A program made the position numbers and the translations under genes. From positions 19,096,001 to 19,160,000 of the forward strand of contig OY740794.1 of assembly GCA_963514005.1 (NCBI GenBank): DNA of 64,000 nucleotides, in the 5' to 3' direction. This stretch comes from Raja brachyura. Its lineage: Eukaryota. Numbering within the stretch: position 1 is the stretch's first letter; every line of letters starts with the position of its first letter. A model generated the notes under the pieces. It worked only from the letters and a program-made list of their open reading frames with translations. It did not search any database and was not told the DNA's origin. Shown here piece after piece: positions 37,959 to 51,305 of this stretch.

Positions 37959-38185
37959 AGGGCCTGTCCCATTTTCACAACCTAATTCACGACCTCAGCC
38001 GAGATTGCCCTTGACTCATACTCGCAGCATGGTCGTCACGAGGTCGTAGGAGGTTGTAGGTAGGTCGTGATGCTAGTCGTAGGTACTCGTGGCATCAAGT
38101 AGGTCGGGGCCTTTTTCCAGCATGATGAAAAATGTCCACGAGTAAAAAAAGTCGTGAATTAGGTTGTGAAAGTGGGACAGGCCCT
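37959..38185. mobile_element. PIF/Harbinger-type MITE, intact
   Basis: TSD TAA on both sides; 35-bp TIR AGGGCCTGTCCCA(T/C)TTTCACAACCTAATTCACGAC. Confidence 0.92.
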
Positions 38186-39155
38186 TAAAGCATGCATCTT
38201 AAACCACTGCTAAGGTGTAAGCTCGTGGCTAGTTCCCATGCAAAATACTCATCTTGCATTAAAATAGGATAATCAGATAAAGCCTCCAAAAAGGTGATTC
38301 TGACATGAATTTGATCCTGGTTCCTTAGGTCCTTACAATTCTTTCTCTGAATATCCACCCTACCGCACATTATTGACCGGCTGTGGAGGTTTAATTGCTA
38401 ATTCACCAATTCCTACTTTTATTTCCTATGTTAATTTTTTATTTGTTGACATGAAATGTTCATCACGAACAGATGAAAGATTACAGAGGATGTTCTTACG
38501 CAGATGCAGTGTTGACCTAGTTATATTTGCTGACAATGCTTTCTCCTTCAGCAATGGGTAACGGGATGAAATCATGTAATTAAATTACAGATCATGAGTG
38601 AGCTGATCCATCCTTCAGTTGTGTTTAACCTCATGATTCAACAACTCTGGATTCCTCTGTAATTCAAAAATCTATCTTAGCCTTGTACATACTAAATGAT
38701 CTGGCATTCACTGTGCCTGAATGATGAATTAATGCAATCCTCTGAGAGAAGATATGCTTCTTTATCTCAGTTTAAAACTGGGCAACTCTCTTTGCCTGAC
38801 ACGCTACAGTAAGTTGTAGATTTCCACAGTAGGTAAAGTCTTCACAGGTGCTACACTGCCAGGTGCAAACAGACTCTTACACACACCCCTGACATCTCCT
38901 GAATACCAGAGCACACAGGCCCAATCTACTCAAGATTTGCACATTGGACATACCCTGCATCCAAGGACTCAATCTAATAAACCCCTTATATACTCCCTTC
39001 AAAGCTTCTCTTCTTAAAGGGGCTAAAACTGAACGTGCTTTTCATCAAAAGTTTGTACATTTATGTTAAGGCATCCTCTCTGTTTTACTCTAACTCTTTT
39101 AAAATAAAGGGTAATATTTAATTTGAAAGATGGAGAATTGGATAGAGCATTGGAT

Positions 39156-39477
39156 AGGGCGGTCACGGTGGTGCAGTGGTAGAGTTGCAGCCTTACAGCA
39201 AATGCAGCGCCAGAGACCCGGGTTGGATCCCGACTACGGGTGCTGTCTGTACGGAGTTTGTACATTCTTCCCGTGACCTGCGTGGGTTTTCTCCGGGATC
39301 TTCGGTTTCCTGCCACACTCCAAAGACGTACAGGTTTGGAGGTTAATTGGCTTGGTAAATGTAAAAATTGTCTCTAGTGTGTGTAGGAAAGTGTTAGTGT
39401 ATGGGGATCGCTGGTCGACGCGCACCTAGTGGGCCGAAGGGCCCGTTTCTGCGCTGTACCTCCAAACTAAATTAAAC
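39156..39477 (+). mobile_element. HE1 SINE
   Basis: Full head, core and tail. Confidence 0.9.
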
Positions 39478-39696
39478 AGAAAATTGGCAGATTGAAGTTA
39501 ATCCCAACTAGTGTGAGATGATCCATTTTGTGAAATCAAAAAGTGATAGCACATATGTAGTCAATGACACCAAACTAAAGAAGGATGCCGAGCAGAGGGA
39601 CCCTGGGATTCAATCCATAGTTTCCAGAAAGTTGTAACATAGGGTGGCGAAGATGGCCTATAGTATTCTCTCCTTCATTGGACATAGCATAAAACT

Positions 39697-39985
39697 GGGT
39701 GGCGCAGTGGTAGAGCTGCTGCCTTACAGAGACCTGGGTTCGATCCTGACAACGGCTGCTGTCTGTATGGAGTCCGTACGATCTCCCTGTAACCGTGGGT
39801 TTTCTCCAATGTGCTCCAGTTTCCTCTCACACTCCAAAGTTGTGCAGGTTTTAGGTTAATTGGCTTTGGTAAAATTGTAAATTGTCCCTAGTGTGTAGGA
39901 CAGTGTTAGTGTACAGGATGATCGCTGGTCAATGGGGACTTGGTGGGCCGAAGGGCCAGTTTCCATGCTGTAACTCTAAAGTCCA
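39697..39985 (+). mobile_element. HE1 SINE inserted in an older CR1 fragment (~39480-40540)
   Basis: GGTGGCGCAGTGGTAGAG..GGTTCGATCC head; the flanks read as CR1 RT C-terminus. Confidence 0.88.
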
Positions 39986-42916
39986 ATTACAAGTTGTGAC
40001 ATTATGTTACAACTTTACAAAACGCTGATTGGATTGCACTTGGAGAATTGTGCGCATTTCTGGTTATCACTGCACAGGAAGGAAGTGGTTGTACAAAGAT
40101 AGACACAAAAAGCTGGAGTAACTCAGCGGACAGACAGCATCCCTGGAGAGAAAGAATGGGTGATGTTTCGGGTCGAGACCCTTCTTCAGACTGTGGAGGA
40201 GATTCACCAGGATGTTCCCTGGATTGAAGGACTTTGGTTGTGGGGAAAGATTTGATAGACTGGGCTTGTTTTCTCAGGAGTGAAAGAAACTGAGGTGTAA
40301 CGATAGAGGTTTTTGAAATCATAAGATAGATGGACAAAATTGTTTTTTTGTGGTAGGAATATCAAAAACATGAGGGCATAAATTTAAGGTAAGAGGAAGG
40401 AGTTTTAAAGGGGATTTTGAGGAGAAAGCTTTTTTACGCAGAGTGATGGATAACTGGAGCTCGATGCCAGAGGAGTTGGTGGCAGGAGATACAATTGTCA
40501 CATTTAAGAGGCAATTGAACAATAAATTAAATAGGTGAGACACACAAAGAATACAGACCTAAGGGAGGGGGGGGGGGGGGGAATTAGTGTAGCTGGGCAA
40601 ATGTTGGCCGCAGGTGGTGTCCCGGGAACATCAAGATGGGTGGGCGAGGAGGGGGATGTCGGTTCGCGGACCGATGCAGTCAAAGGCGATGGAGGAAGGC
40701 CCTGGGGCTCTACAGAAACGGGAGCCGCTCCAGTAGACCTGCGGACCAGATTTTGGACTTTGCAAATGGTGCCAAAACATGGCAGTGCCTGCATGTGTAA
40801 GTATGCAAAAGGAATTTCAATATGCAATTGCAACCTTGACAAATGAGACCATGGAACCTAGTGTACCTAGTGAGCTGAAGGACCGGTTTCTGTACTGTTC
40901 AACTCTGTAACTCTGTAATTCTTCACTGCTTGCATTGGAAATCTGCAGTAACTTCTGCGAGACAGATCCCCCTAAATGTAGATCCCACTAAATGCCAGTA
41001 TTTATTAGTCTCACATCTTTTAAATAATATTCTGCTCTTCTACTCTAAAGTGGATAACCGCACGTGTCTCCCCATCACATTTCATGTATATTTATATATA
41101 ATGTGATCACGGCTGATAATTCAGTACTGACACAAAGGCATGAGCTGTGAAATAGTGAACAATTACTTCATGTTGCCTCTCCAATGAACCAAACTATGTT
41201 GTCTTGTTCTAATTCCCCTCCTGAGAATTTCAGCAAGCTAGAAAGCAACAGAGACCTCCGCAAACGATTGAAGCTTTGTTTATACGAATATTATTCCTGG
41301 GATCCTTTCCCTTCTGATATATTTTTCTTCATCGTTGTAAATATAATTTTTTTTTGCCACTTTCTGTTTTCAGTCCTTAAAATTGTTTCTTTTCCCTAAT
41401 GTCTCAGATTTATTTAATTTGTATTTTGAAAGATATTGTGCATTGATTATATATACTTTTTTCCTGGCTTTCATTCAGTGTTCAAATCCTCGGAGGGTAA
41501 CTTTCAGGTGCGCCTTGCCTGAGATGGATCTTCAATCTTAAAGCATAAGCATGAAAAACTGCTGTGCATAAAATGTGCTGGTAAATCAGAATCTTAGCTG
41601 GTATATTCACATGCCATTGAGTGAAAGTAAATTATTGGCCTGGTACTATGCAATGGAAGCATTAATGGCACAAATATTTTATGGTGCTATAAAGCCTGGA
41701 GATGTAATTGATTGCATCCAGTGGCACAGTAGAAGCTCCTTTTCCAGGCAATGTTGCACCTGCGGCAAGTATAATTGCATGGCCTTTCCTTTGTCAGCAT
41801 TCTGGGATTCATCTTCTGACCCACACTGTTCAAACTGTAATTCATTTGTCATTCTTAAAGTTCTGAATTGGGCAATTACTGAAATAACATTAACTTAGGT
41901 TCAGAATGAATGACAAAAAGGAACAGTGATGTATTACTTCAGTGTTCACCAGCAGTGTTTTTATTTGACGTTTTACAGCTCTTTCGTGTAAATGAAATAT
42001 GCACTGATGGTGCAGCCCACCATCAAGGGAGGTGGTGCCACACGAATGTGGCTAATATTAACAAAGACCCACACCAATCTGGCCAGTGTCTCATCTCACT
42101 GTGACCATTGGCAGAAGGTACAAGAGCCTGAGAACCGCTTCTTCCCAGCAATGATCTTGAATGGCACTGGATAACACTGACCACAACCCTACCTGAGCAT
42201 AGATCTACTGTGGGCTTTGTTTTGGTTGCACTACATACTTCGATTTTGCAGTATTACGGGTCTGGTTACCGCGTATTACTTGTATTATTGATTATTATAT
42301 ATTTATTTGTTATGTTATTGTATTAACTGGCCTGTAATGCTGCAGCAAATAATAATTTAACCATTCCGTTCCTAGTACATATGATAGTAAACACTATTAC
42401 TCCTGATAGACTGTAAGACTGCAGGTCAAGAGCTGCAGGTGGGACAAGGCTGGATGTCTTGCTGTTGGTTGGTATGGACAACATAGGCCAAATTAATTCA
42501 CTCCATTAATGTTTCTTTGGTTTTCTAAAATAGTAGAACTAGCAACAGTAGAAATTGGCATGGTCAATTAAAATCCAGGAATCTCAGAAAAATTACTAAG
42601 GATGTGCTACTCACTCATATCAACAAAACACTCCTAGTTTCTAGTTTCCCTCTCCGCGACTCTCAGTCTGAAGAAGGGTCTTGACCCAAAATGTCACCTA
42701 TTCTTTTTCTCCAGAGATGCCGCCTAACCTGCTGAGTTATTCCAGCTTTTTGTGTCTATATTCAGTGTAAACCAGCATTTGCACTTCTTTCCTACACTCC
42801 CATTGGTGTCACATTCTTTTGCCTTCTTTCACTGAGGAGTTAGAGAATATTGCAGGTAAGTAGGATGGTGAAGAAGGCTTTTGGCGAGTAAGCCTTCATT
42901 AGTCAAGAAATTGATT

Positions 42917-42956
42917 ATAGGTCTGAAGAAGGGTCTGAACCCGAAACATCACCCAT
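42917..42956 (+). ncRNA. Candidate minimal hammerhead ribozyme with helix I
   Basis: ATAGGT-CTGAAGA-A-GGG..CCC-GAAAC-ATC-ACCCAT: the flanks can pair as helix I with one mismatch. Confidence 0.5.
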
Positions 42957-43776
42957 TCCTTCTCTCCAGAGATGCTGCTTATCCTGCTGAGTTACTCCAG
43001 CTTTTTGTGTCTATCTTTGGTTATAGATGTTTGGATGTGATGTTATGCTACAGATGTGCAAAACATTGGTGAGGCTTTTACCCAGGATAGGGGAATATTA
43101 TAGGGGATAATATCTTTTTCCAATCAAGAACTAGAGAGCCTAGGTTTAAATTGAGAGGTGTGTGATTTAATAGGAACCTGAGGAGCAACTTGTTCACACA
43201 GAGGGTGGTGGGTATATGGAACGAGCAGCAGAGAAAATAGTGGGTGCAATAAAAATAATTTCAAAGACATTTGGACACATACATGGATAAGAAAGGTTTA
43301 AAGAAATATGGGCCGAACACGGACAAATGGAACGAGCTTGCGTAGGGCACCTTGGACAGCAGGGACAAGTTGGTCTGAAGGGCCCCAATGACCCTTTGAC
43401 TTGAACAAAAAGGGAAAATTTTTATTTTTTATCCCTGTTATGTTAAAGGTCCTTTTTAGATGAACTCTACTGAGTTCAACAGCTTTGCCCAGAGTCAGGC
43501 AAGACATACAGGTAGCTATCAAATTAATCTTGAAACCACACTGCCTTTGTGGCATGAGCTGCAATGAGTACTTTATTTGCCGCATGGTACAGTGAAATTC
43601 ATTTTTGTATACAATTCAGCACAATTATCACTATACAGGCAACTGAATCATTCTATCACAACCAGAGAGCAGTGCTGAACTACTACCTACCTATTTGGCA
43701 ACCCTCAGACAATCCTTGATTTGACTTTGGTAGACACAAAATGCTGGAGAAACTCAGCGGGTGAGGCAGCATCTAT

Positions 43777-44236
43777 TAGCAATGTTACAAAATGTTGAGA
43801 TTTTAAAAATCAAGTCTGCAATTTATCCCATCAGATAAAGCATAAAAAGAAGTTTAATTTGACACCTAATTCACTTTCATATCTTCAGTATTAAAAAGGT
43901 TATGGCCATTGTCATACTCAGAAATTAGTATCTTGTTCCCCATTGCCCTTCCATTGACTTAACACAAAAGCTGCGATCTAGAACAGTCAAAAGCCCATAA
44001 CTTTCTTAAAAATTAAGAGAACTCAATGAAATTTTCAGTTATTATAGATTGAAGCATTCTGAAACAAATATGAAACAATCTTACGTGGATGACCTGAAAT
44101 TAAAGCATAAAATTAGTTAGTTACCTGTGGAAAAACGGCACATTAAACACGCCCCCCTCTGAAATGTGCCAAAATCACGCACACGGGGAGCGGCAGAACT
44201 GCAGCGTAGCTCAAGGTAAGTTTTGTAACATACCTA
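43777..44236. mobile_element. Non-autonomous DNA transposon with 7-bp TSD
   Basis: TIRs TAGCAATGTTACAAAA / TTTTGTAACATACCTA; TSD CATCTAT at 43770-43776 and 44237-44243; splits a Penelope-derived element. Confidence 0.8.
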
Positions 44237-45724
44237 CATCTATGGCGACGTTTCGGGTCGAGGCCCTTCTCAGGCGGACTTTGTTGGCTTTGCCTTGCAC
44301 AAGCCGTTATTCCCTTATCACGTATCCATGCACTGTAAATGGCTCGAATGGAATCATGTATTGTCTTTCTGCTGGTTGGATAGCACGCAATGAAAGCTTT
44401 TCACTGTGTCCGGTCCTTGCACCAGGCCTCTTGAATCGGCGCCCAGTCCAGCCGAGCCCCAGGCTGTTACAGCATATAATTTATTCTGTTACCTCATTTA
44501 CTTCTGCAGGATTTTCCTACTACTGATTACAGTGTAAAGAGAACAAAAGGCCAAAACCCTTCTCATTTTGCAGAGAATGTGATTGCAAACCAAAAAAGAG
44601 AAAATGCAAACAATAAACTTTTCATTACATAAGTAATAATGTGGATATTGTACCACACACAAACTTTGTTTGTGAGTGATTTATTTCCAAATATTTATTT
44701 AACATCCATTAAGTACATTTAATTCATTTAATACATTCAATATATTTAATAGTATACAGCTATCATAGTAATGACCCAGGATCTCTGAAATATGCCGAAT
44801 AAAGATAATAGAGTGGAAATGGCTGTGGCATTTAATGAAGCTTTATGAAAAGCATAATCCATTTACCACAAATATTCCAGGTTAAATATATGTATAGATT
44901 GATAACTGAATCAATGCACAGTGAATGATGGGGCGGATTTGGATTTATGTCATACTTATTTTGTACTAAATAAGGCTGTGATGGCTGTGATGTCCAGGGA
45001 AAATGTGGCAGATCTTTTAACCAGGCTTTGCTTATCTTTTTCCACCTAAACCCTGTTACAAATATTCAGAACTTTGAGATGTTTTGCCTTATCAAGTTGA
45101 ATCACAGTAGACGGTAATTCTGTCCCTATCATATCCTTCCACACATCTGTTTGCCTATTGTGGCAATGGGACAGCATGAGTGAAATGTCAACAGATCTTT
45201 GACTAGTCTCCTAATCGCTGTCACTGCAGTGATTGAGATTAGATGCTTTGCATTGATCAGAGATTAAACCTCCACCAAGATCACAAATGGTCAATGAAGG
45301 CAGATACTGTAGAACAGTCCCTTGAGATTAGAAGAGGGTACCTCCAATACGATGTTCTAATCCCCATTAAAACCCGTCATCTCTTGCCATTCTCATCTCT
45401 GCTCCTTCATGCATGGAAGGCAAGCTTGAATAAACATGACAACAACTGGCATCATCATTCTCCTCCATGTATGCCTCTTATCTACCACTCCTGTTCAGGA
45501 ATCATCCTGGAATACATGAAAATCCTTATCTTCTTTTCTTACTTTTCTACTGCAAGCCATTGTCATAAATCGCTCTCCATTGTTTCCCTCACCTTCAATT
45601 ACAATAACATAGGTGAGCAGCTCATCAACCATTCAATTTCATAGCATTTCAAGCAGAGTGCAGATCACCAAAGTGGCAAACAACTCATTTCATTGTCATT
45701 AAGGGCTAACAAATCATTTATTGT

Positions 45725-46662
45725 AAGTACATTTCATACTCACAGTTCAGTTGGTTCACAGCTTAGAATCACAGTTGTGGACTCTCCCTCATAGAAACAT
45801 AGAAACATAGAAAATAGGTGCAGGAGGAGATCATTCGGCCGTTCGAGCCAGCACCGCCATTCATTGTGACCATGGCTGATTATCTCCCATCAATAACCCG
45901 TGCCTGCCTTCTCCCCATATCCCTTGATTCCACCAGCTCTTAGAGCTCTATCTAACTCTCTCTTTAATCCATCCAGTGATTTGGCCTCCACTGCCCTCTG
46001 TGGCAGGGAATTCCGCAATTTCAGAACTCTCTGGGTGAAAACGTTTTTTCTCACCTCTGTCCTAAATTGCTTCCCCTTTATTCTAAGACTGTGGCCTATG
46101 GACTTGCCCAACATTGGGAACATTTTCCTGCATCGAGCTTGTCCAGTCCTTTTATAATGTTATATGTTTCTATAAGATCCTCCCCCATCCTTCTAAACTC
46201 CAGTGAATACAAACCTAGTCTTTTCAATTTTTCCTAATATGACAGTCCCGCCATCCCAGGGATCAATCTCATGAACCCACGCTGCACTGCCTCAATCACA
46301 AGGATGTCCTTCCTCAAATTAGGAAACCAAAACTGTACATGATCTTCCAGTAACTGATGCAAGTCCAGGCATCTGGGGTTTTATAGTCCTGCCCCCCCCC
46401 CCCCCCACCACCCCCAGAAGGGGTGTTACCTTCATCATGTTGATTGACAGGCGAGAGGACCAATCAGCTGATCTCAAGATTTTTTAAACACTCATAACTT
46501 TTTTTATTTTTCATCGATAGAAAAAGTCCTCTGGGCTGCCTCAGCGGAGGAGGACTGTGAGTAAGATGGCCAGAAACCATAGTGATATATGGTAGCGTTT
46601 TCTCTAAAATCAATATACAGCGCAGACAGGAGTGGTGAAGATGAGACTTTTAGTTATATAGA
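45725..46662 (-). mobile_element. Helitron 5' fragment
   Basis: A|TCTATATAACTAAAA start at 46662; head homologous to 32480-32770. Confidence 0.75.
45791..46340 (-). mobile_element. CR1 (HER1-like) 3' fragment nested in Helitron
   Basis: (TTTCTATG)n tail; ORF 45890-46123 HSLRIKGK..FTQRVLKLRNSLPQ. Confidence 0.92.
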
Positions 46663-47179
46663 TAACAATAGTGGCCTTGGTCACGATCCCTATTGTACAC
46701 TATTTGTTACAGGCATCCAGTCTGAAAACCAACCCTCTAACACCACCCACTGTACCTTGAATCAAGCATTATCATTGACGCCATGAACCTATTTCAACTT
46801 CTACAGCATTGCTGAGCTAATGTGTAAGAAATCCTTGCACATGACGTTACCTGTGGCCTGCACTGTCCCATCACACTTGATCCTTATCCCGTTGTCTATA
46901 AACATGAGAGCATGTGTACCTTTTTTTTGTCATTGACCTAAATGGGACCAAATCCCATTCACCCATCACCCCTGTGCTCATTGTCATTGGTTCCTAATTA
47001 AACAACACCTAGATTTAAAAATTCCTATCTTTGTTTTCTATACTTCCATAACCTTACCCTTTTTCATTTTGAATCTCCACCAGCTCAACAACACAATTTA
47101 ATACGTACTCCTCTAATCCTGTCCTTCTGTTTATCTCCAGTTTAATCGTCCAGTCTAAGTGAACTGACTTTAGAAGATG

Positions 47180-47660
47180 GTTTACAAAAAAAGGACCCAA
47201 AGTGCTGGAGTAACTCAGCGGGTCAGGCAGCATCTCTGGAGAACTTGGATTGGTGAAGGTAGACACAAAAAGCTGGAGTAACTCAGCGAGTAAGGCAGCA
47301 TCTCTGGAGAAAAGGAATGGGAGATGTTTCGGGTCCAGACCCTTCGTCAGACTGGTTAGAGATAAGGGAAATGAGAGATATAGACAATGATGTAGAGAGA
47401 TAAAGAACAATGAATGAAAGATATGCAAAAATAACGATGATAAAAGGAACAGGCCATTGTTAGCTCTTTATTGGGTGAAAACTGGTGCCAATTCGGTAGG
47501 AGAGAGATAGAGAGAGAGGGAATGCTGAAGTTAGAGAAATCAATAGCTGCCCAAGCGAAATATGAGATGCTGTAAGAAGGGTCCTGATTCGAAATATCAC
47601 CTAGCCTTGTTCTCCAAAGATGACCTGTTGAGTCACACTAGCACTTTGTGTTTTTATTTT
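47180..47660. mobile_element. Cluster of Penelope-derived elements
   Basis: Family tails, a hammerhead-like core at 47320-47352 (-), and a GIY-YIG end remnant CCCAAGCGAAATATGAG. Confidence 0.75.
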
Positions 47661-47792
47661 CCTTCTTTACGATACTATTTAAAACTTGCCTCTTTGATCA
47701 AACTATGGTCATTTGAATGAATTATAAACAATGTTGTAATTATGGACAAACTAAATTTCGATAAAGTTGAATATTTTGTGGAAGAAAAGGAA

Positions 47793-48090
47793 GGGGCGGC
47801 ACAGTGGTAGAGTTGCTGCCTTCCAGTGCCAGAGATCCGAGTTCGATCCAGACTACGGGTGCTGTCGGTACAGTTTGTTTGTTCTCCCTGTGACTGCATG
47901 GGTTTTCTACACTTGCTCCGGTTTCTCCCCACGCTCCAAAGACATACGGGGTTGCAGGTTAATTGTCTTAGGTAAAATTGTAAATTGTTCCTAATATGTA
48001 GGATAGTGCTTGTGCATGGGGTGATCACTAGTCAGTGAGGCCTCAGTGGGCCAAAGGGCCTGTTTCAGTGCTGATTCTCCAAAGTCTAAA
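47793..48090 (+). mobile_element. HE1 SINE
   Basis: GGCGGCACAGTGGTAGAG..GAGTTCGATCC head, core and tail. Confidence 0.88.
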
Positions 48091-50259
48091 TCTCTCTTAA
48101 TGTGCAGCTCATGCCAAATATTGTTTGACAAGATATATGTGAACTCCCCTGTGAGCTATGTGACGTCAAAGATGCCACATAAAAATATGTTGGGCGGATC
48201 AAATGAAGTGAGCGAAATTTTCAACGGAGTGAAGATATTTCTTTTAGAAAGGAAAGCAGAAAAAGAAAGAACAATCTGAACCTGTGTGCCCGGAACTTTC
48301 AGTGTGGAAAAACAAAATCAAAACAGGCCAAACTAAAATTGATTGTCTTTCATTGGTTTCACTAATAGTCTGCATAAAGCTAGAATTATCAATGCTGGAT
48401 TTACTGTACACTGAGGAATTGGCTTGAAGAGATGAATGGCCACAAAACCTGTCATTCTACCCACAATATGCGACCATCACAGAGAATCTAGCATTGTGAA
48501 ATGGTACGGAACTAATTCACTTCTTCTTCCAACATCAGCATATCATTCACCGCATATGATTTAGTAAATATTGCAAACTTACATGGTCGAACCTACCCGG
48601 CAACAAAAGGCTACTTTAATGCGCTTAATCCCCTATATTAGCCTGCCTGGAATCTCTATTAAGATCCCTTCAGAATTTTTCTATTAGCTTGCAGCAAATA
48701 CAACAACAATCTTTTATATCCTCCCTACTTCTGAAAGCTGAAAACCTGTTTTTTGGGGCCTTAGGGAAGGTCTTGGATTTCTGTGTTACTGTAAGAAATC
48801 CATAATCTGCACACAATAAATCCAAGCAATGTTGAACGTTTTTAGAATCGAAGCACCTCTGGCCATGAGACAGTGGCCTAGAAATTCAATTGGCCATAAA
48901 AACCGATGTTAAAGTATGAAACTGTGCAGAGGCCCCACTGGTGTTAGGACTTGATTTCATTTGCACACTTTGGACAAAGACTTAAGTACTTAGTATGTGT
49001 CGATAATGCTGATTTCTCCATTAGCACACATTAGGCTTGAGAAGTTTCAAGAATCCTGTTCACCAGCTTGAAATCACCTGCCCAAATAACCTGACTCCCT
49101 TGGCCTTCTCAGAGTGGTCTCCCTTCTCTTGATCAAGCAGGATGTATCTGTTGTTGTTTTTTTGATTATAAATTCTTATCAAACGTCTTTTAGGTTTAGG
49201 TTTATTATTATCTCCTGTACCTAAGTACAGAGAAAACAGATCAGCTATACCATACATATCCACAATCAATTCAAACTCGATTACAATGGATAGAGCAAAA
49301 GCGGAAGATACAGCGTGCAGGATATGGTTCCCAGCATTATAGGTCAGAAGAAGGGTCTCAACCCGAAACATCACCCATTCCTTCTCTCCAGAGATACTGC
49401 CTGTCCTGCTCTGTTGCTCAAGCATTTTGTCTAATTCGGTGTAAACCAGCATCTGCAGTTCCTTCCTACACATCATAGCCCATCCATAGACAAAGTCTAA
49501 TGCCCACAATGGGGCAGAGGTGAATCAGACAATACCCTAGCTTATGGAAGGACCATTCATAAGCCTGAAAACAAAAGGGAAGTAGCTGTTCCTGGGTCTG
49601 GTGCGCTGGATGAGGGCAAGGAGAAGAAGGAATGGCTGGGGTGGGACAAGCCTTTTCAATGGAAGCAGGGTCTAGATTACATTCATTGTTGATGTGAATT
49701 AGTGGCCTTTGTGAACTATTTGTGATGAATCAATGAAGAAGGGTTTTGGTCTGAAACGTTGCCTATCTCCTTCGCTCCTTAGATGCTGCTGCACCCGCTG
49801 AGTTTCTCCAGATTTCTGTGATAAATCAATGCTGAAGTGACATTCACCATCACTCTGTGTGGATATAGTTAATGATTGTTGAATGTTTTAAGCTGTTGTC
49901 TCCGGTGAATGCAGTATTTTGTGTGCTGGTATGAATAAATTGAGCATAATCCTTCATATTAATTGTTGGAGCAGCAGGCAGATTAGCAATGGTCACTTTA
50001 ATATTTGTTTTCAATTTGCCACAGCAGATGCAAATTGAGTGTCTGTAACTATCTTTTTCATCAGTAAGTTCCAAGGCTGTGTAACATTTGTTAATAGGGT
50101 GTCACTTACATCAATGAAGACAATTACATTCCCAGACCACATTGCAATTCCAACTGCCCTCTTATTGAATCAGGATGCACCTAGGTAGTACTGCTACTCA
50201 CTGCCTTCCCCACATGCAGGTACTCAGTGGCTCTGTAACCCTTTTAAAATTCACTCCTG

Positions 50260-50772
50260 AAGTAGTTTGGTAGGCGGTGAGTCGCAAATTAGAGATATGG
50301 AGCCATAGAATCACACAGCTTCGAAACAAGTTCTTCAGTGCACTGAATCTACATTGGAGGCACCAAAAAAACAAACCACGGTATGTACAAGCTTGAACAA
50401 ATCTCAACAAGAACTACTAATTCCACCGCGCCCTTAAAGGATGTAGAGTTACAGCTGATCTCTCCCTCTGTGTCTAACAAGTTGTGGAAACCCCATATGA
50501 TTATTCCTCCCAATCAGGAGAGATAACTTTCACACTGTGGAACAGCCTCCTTGTGTATCAGTGAGCGGACATTTCACGTCAGCCATTGTATTAATTCGAT
50601 TGCATCTACTGCACCTAAAAAAGAGTGAAATTTGATGCTTCCTATTAATTGAAGTTTTATTCATAAACAAAGCTAACTATTTTGCTGAACGCTAACTCGA
50701 ACCTTAAAGTAAAATGTGAAAAGTTAAAGCCCCGTCGTGAACCCATGTTTTGGCCTCTCATATGGAAACATC
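50260..50772. repeat. Direct repeat copy 1 (~515 bp)
   Basis: Near-identical to 51306-51825. Confidence 0.97.
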
Positions 50773-51305
50773 GATGTGAAAAATATACATCTTCTAGATG
50801 CGCTGGGACGCATCCTCAATGATGTGACCTGGGGTCATCGGGTGTTTCGGGTCTCACAACATCAGACACCCTCGCCCAGGCGACCCAGCCGGGGTTGATC
50901 AGGCCCCGGCTTGCGTCCCAGCAGCAACCGCCCACAGATCAGCCATCTTAATAACTACTCTGCAGGGGTTGGGAGACTCTAGTGCATGGAGGGACTGGGC
51001 TCTGTGGGGTGGCTCCCGGCCGGGCTCCTCCTGCGTCTCACCAGGTTCAAGGCCTGTGCGCTGCACCTCTTTCTCCTTCTCCGAGCATTTCATTCTCGCC
51101 TGATGGATGTTTAGGCCACGATGGTTCATTAGGCCTTTCCATAGCTTTGTTGTGTGTCTTTCTCACGAAAGACACAGACTGGGGTGCTAACCTAGCCTTT
51201 CCTGGGTGCCGTCTTTCGTGCCATCAACTGTCTCTCCAGTAGTCACCAAACTATTCTTGGTTGTCACCCAGTCTATTCCTAGGTGCCACTGGCTGTGCCA
51301 GACTT
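50773..51305 (-). mobile_element. Internally deleted HERO (R2-group) retroelement
   Basis: NHRGLNIHQARMKC..QRTGLEPGETQEEPG.EPPHRAQSLH resembles the HERO N-terminus, fused to a HERO-like 3' end GGGCGAGGGTGTCTGATGTTG..GACCCGAAACACCC.ATGACCCCAGG (recalled family features). Confidence 0.7.

Noticed and set aside
45243-45644. 133-aa plus-strand ORF
   Set aside because: No recognisable motif or convincing splice context.
49850-50074. 74-aa minus-strand ORF in unique DNA
   Set aside because: Non-ATG start and no recognisable homology.
50525-50545. CACAGTG heptamer as a V(D)J recombination signal
   Set aside because: No nonamer at 12- or 23-bp spacing, and it lies inside the putative exon. The CACAGTG copies at 9381-9516 are CR1 sequence.
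50838-50870. Hammerhead-like CTGATG...GAAAC in the HERO 3' end (minus strand)
   Set aside because: Reads CTGATGT rather than CUGANGA and lacks helix II and NUH geometry; explained as a GGGTGT/ACACCC hairpin.
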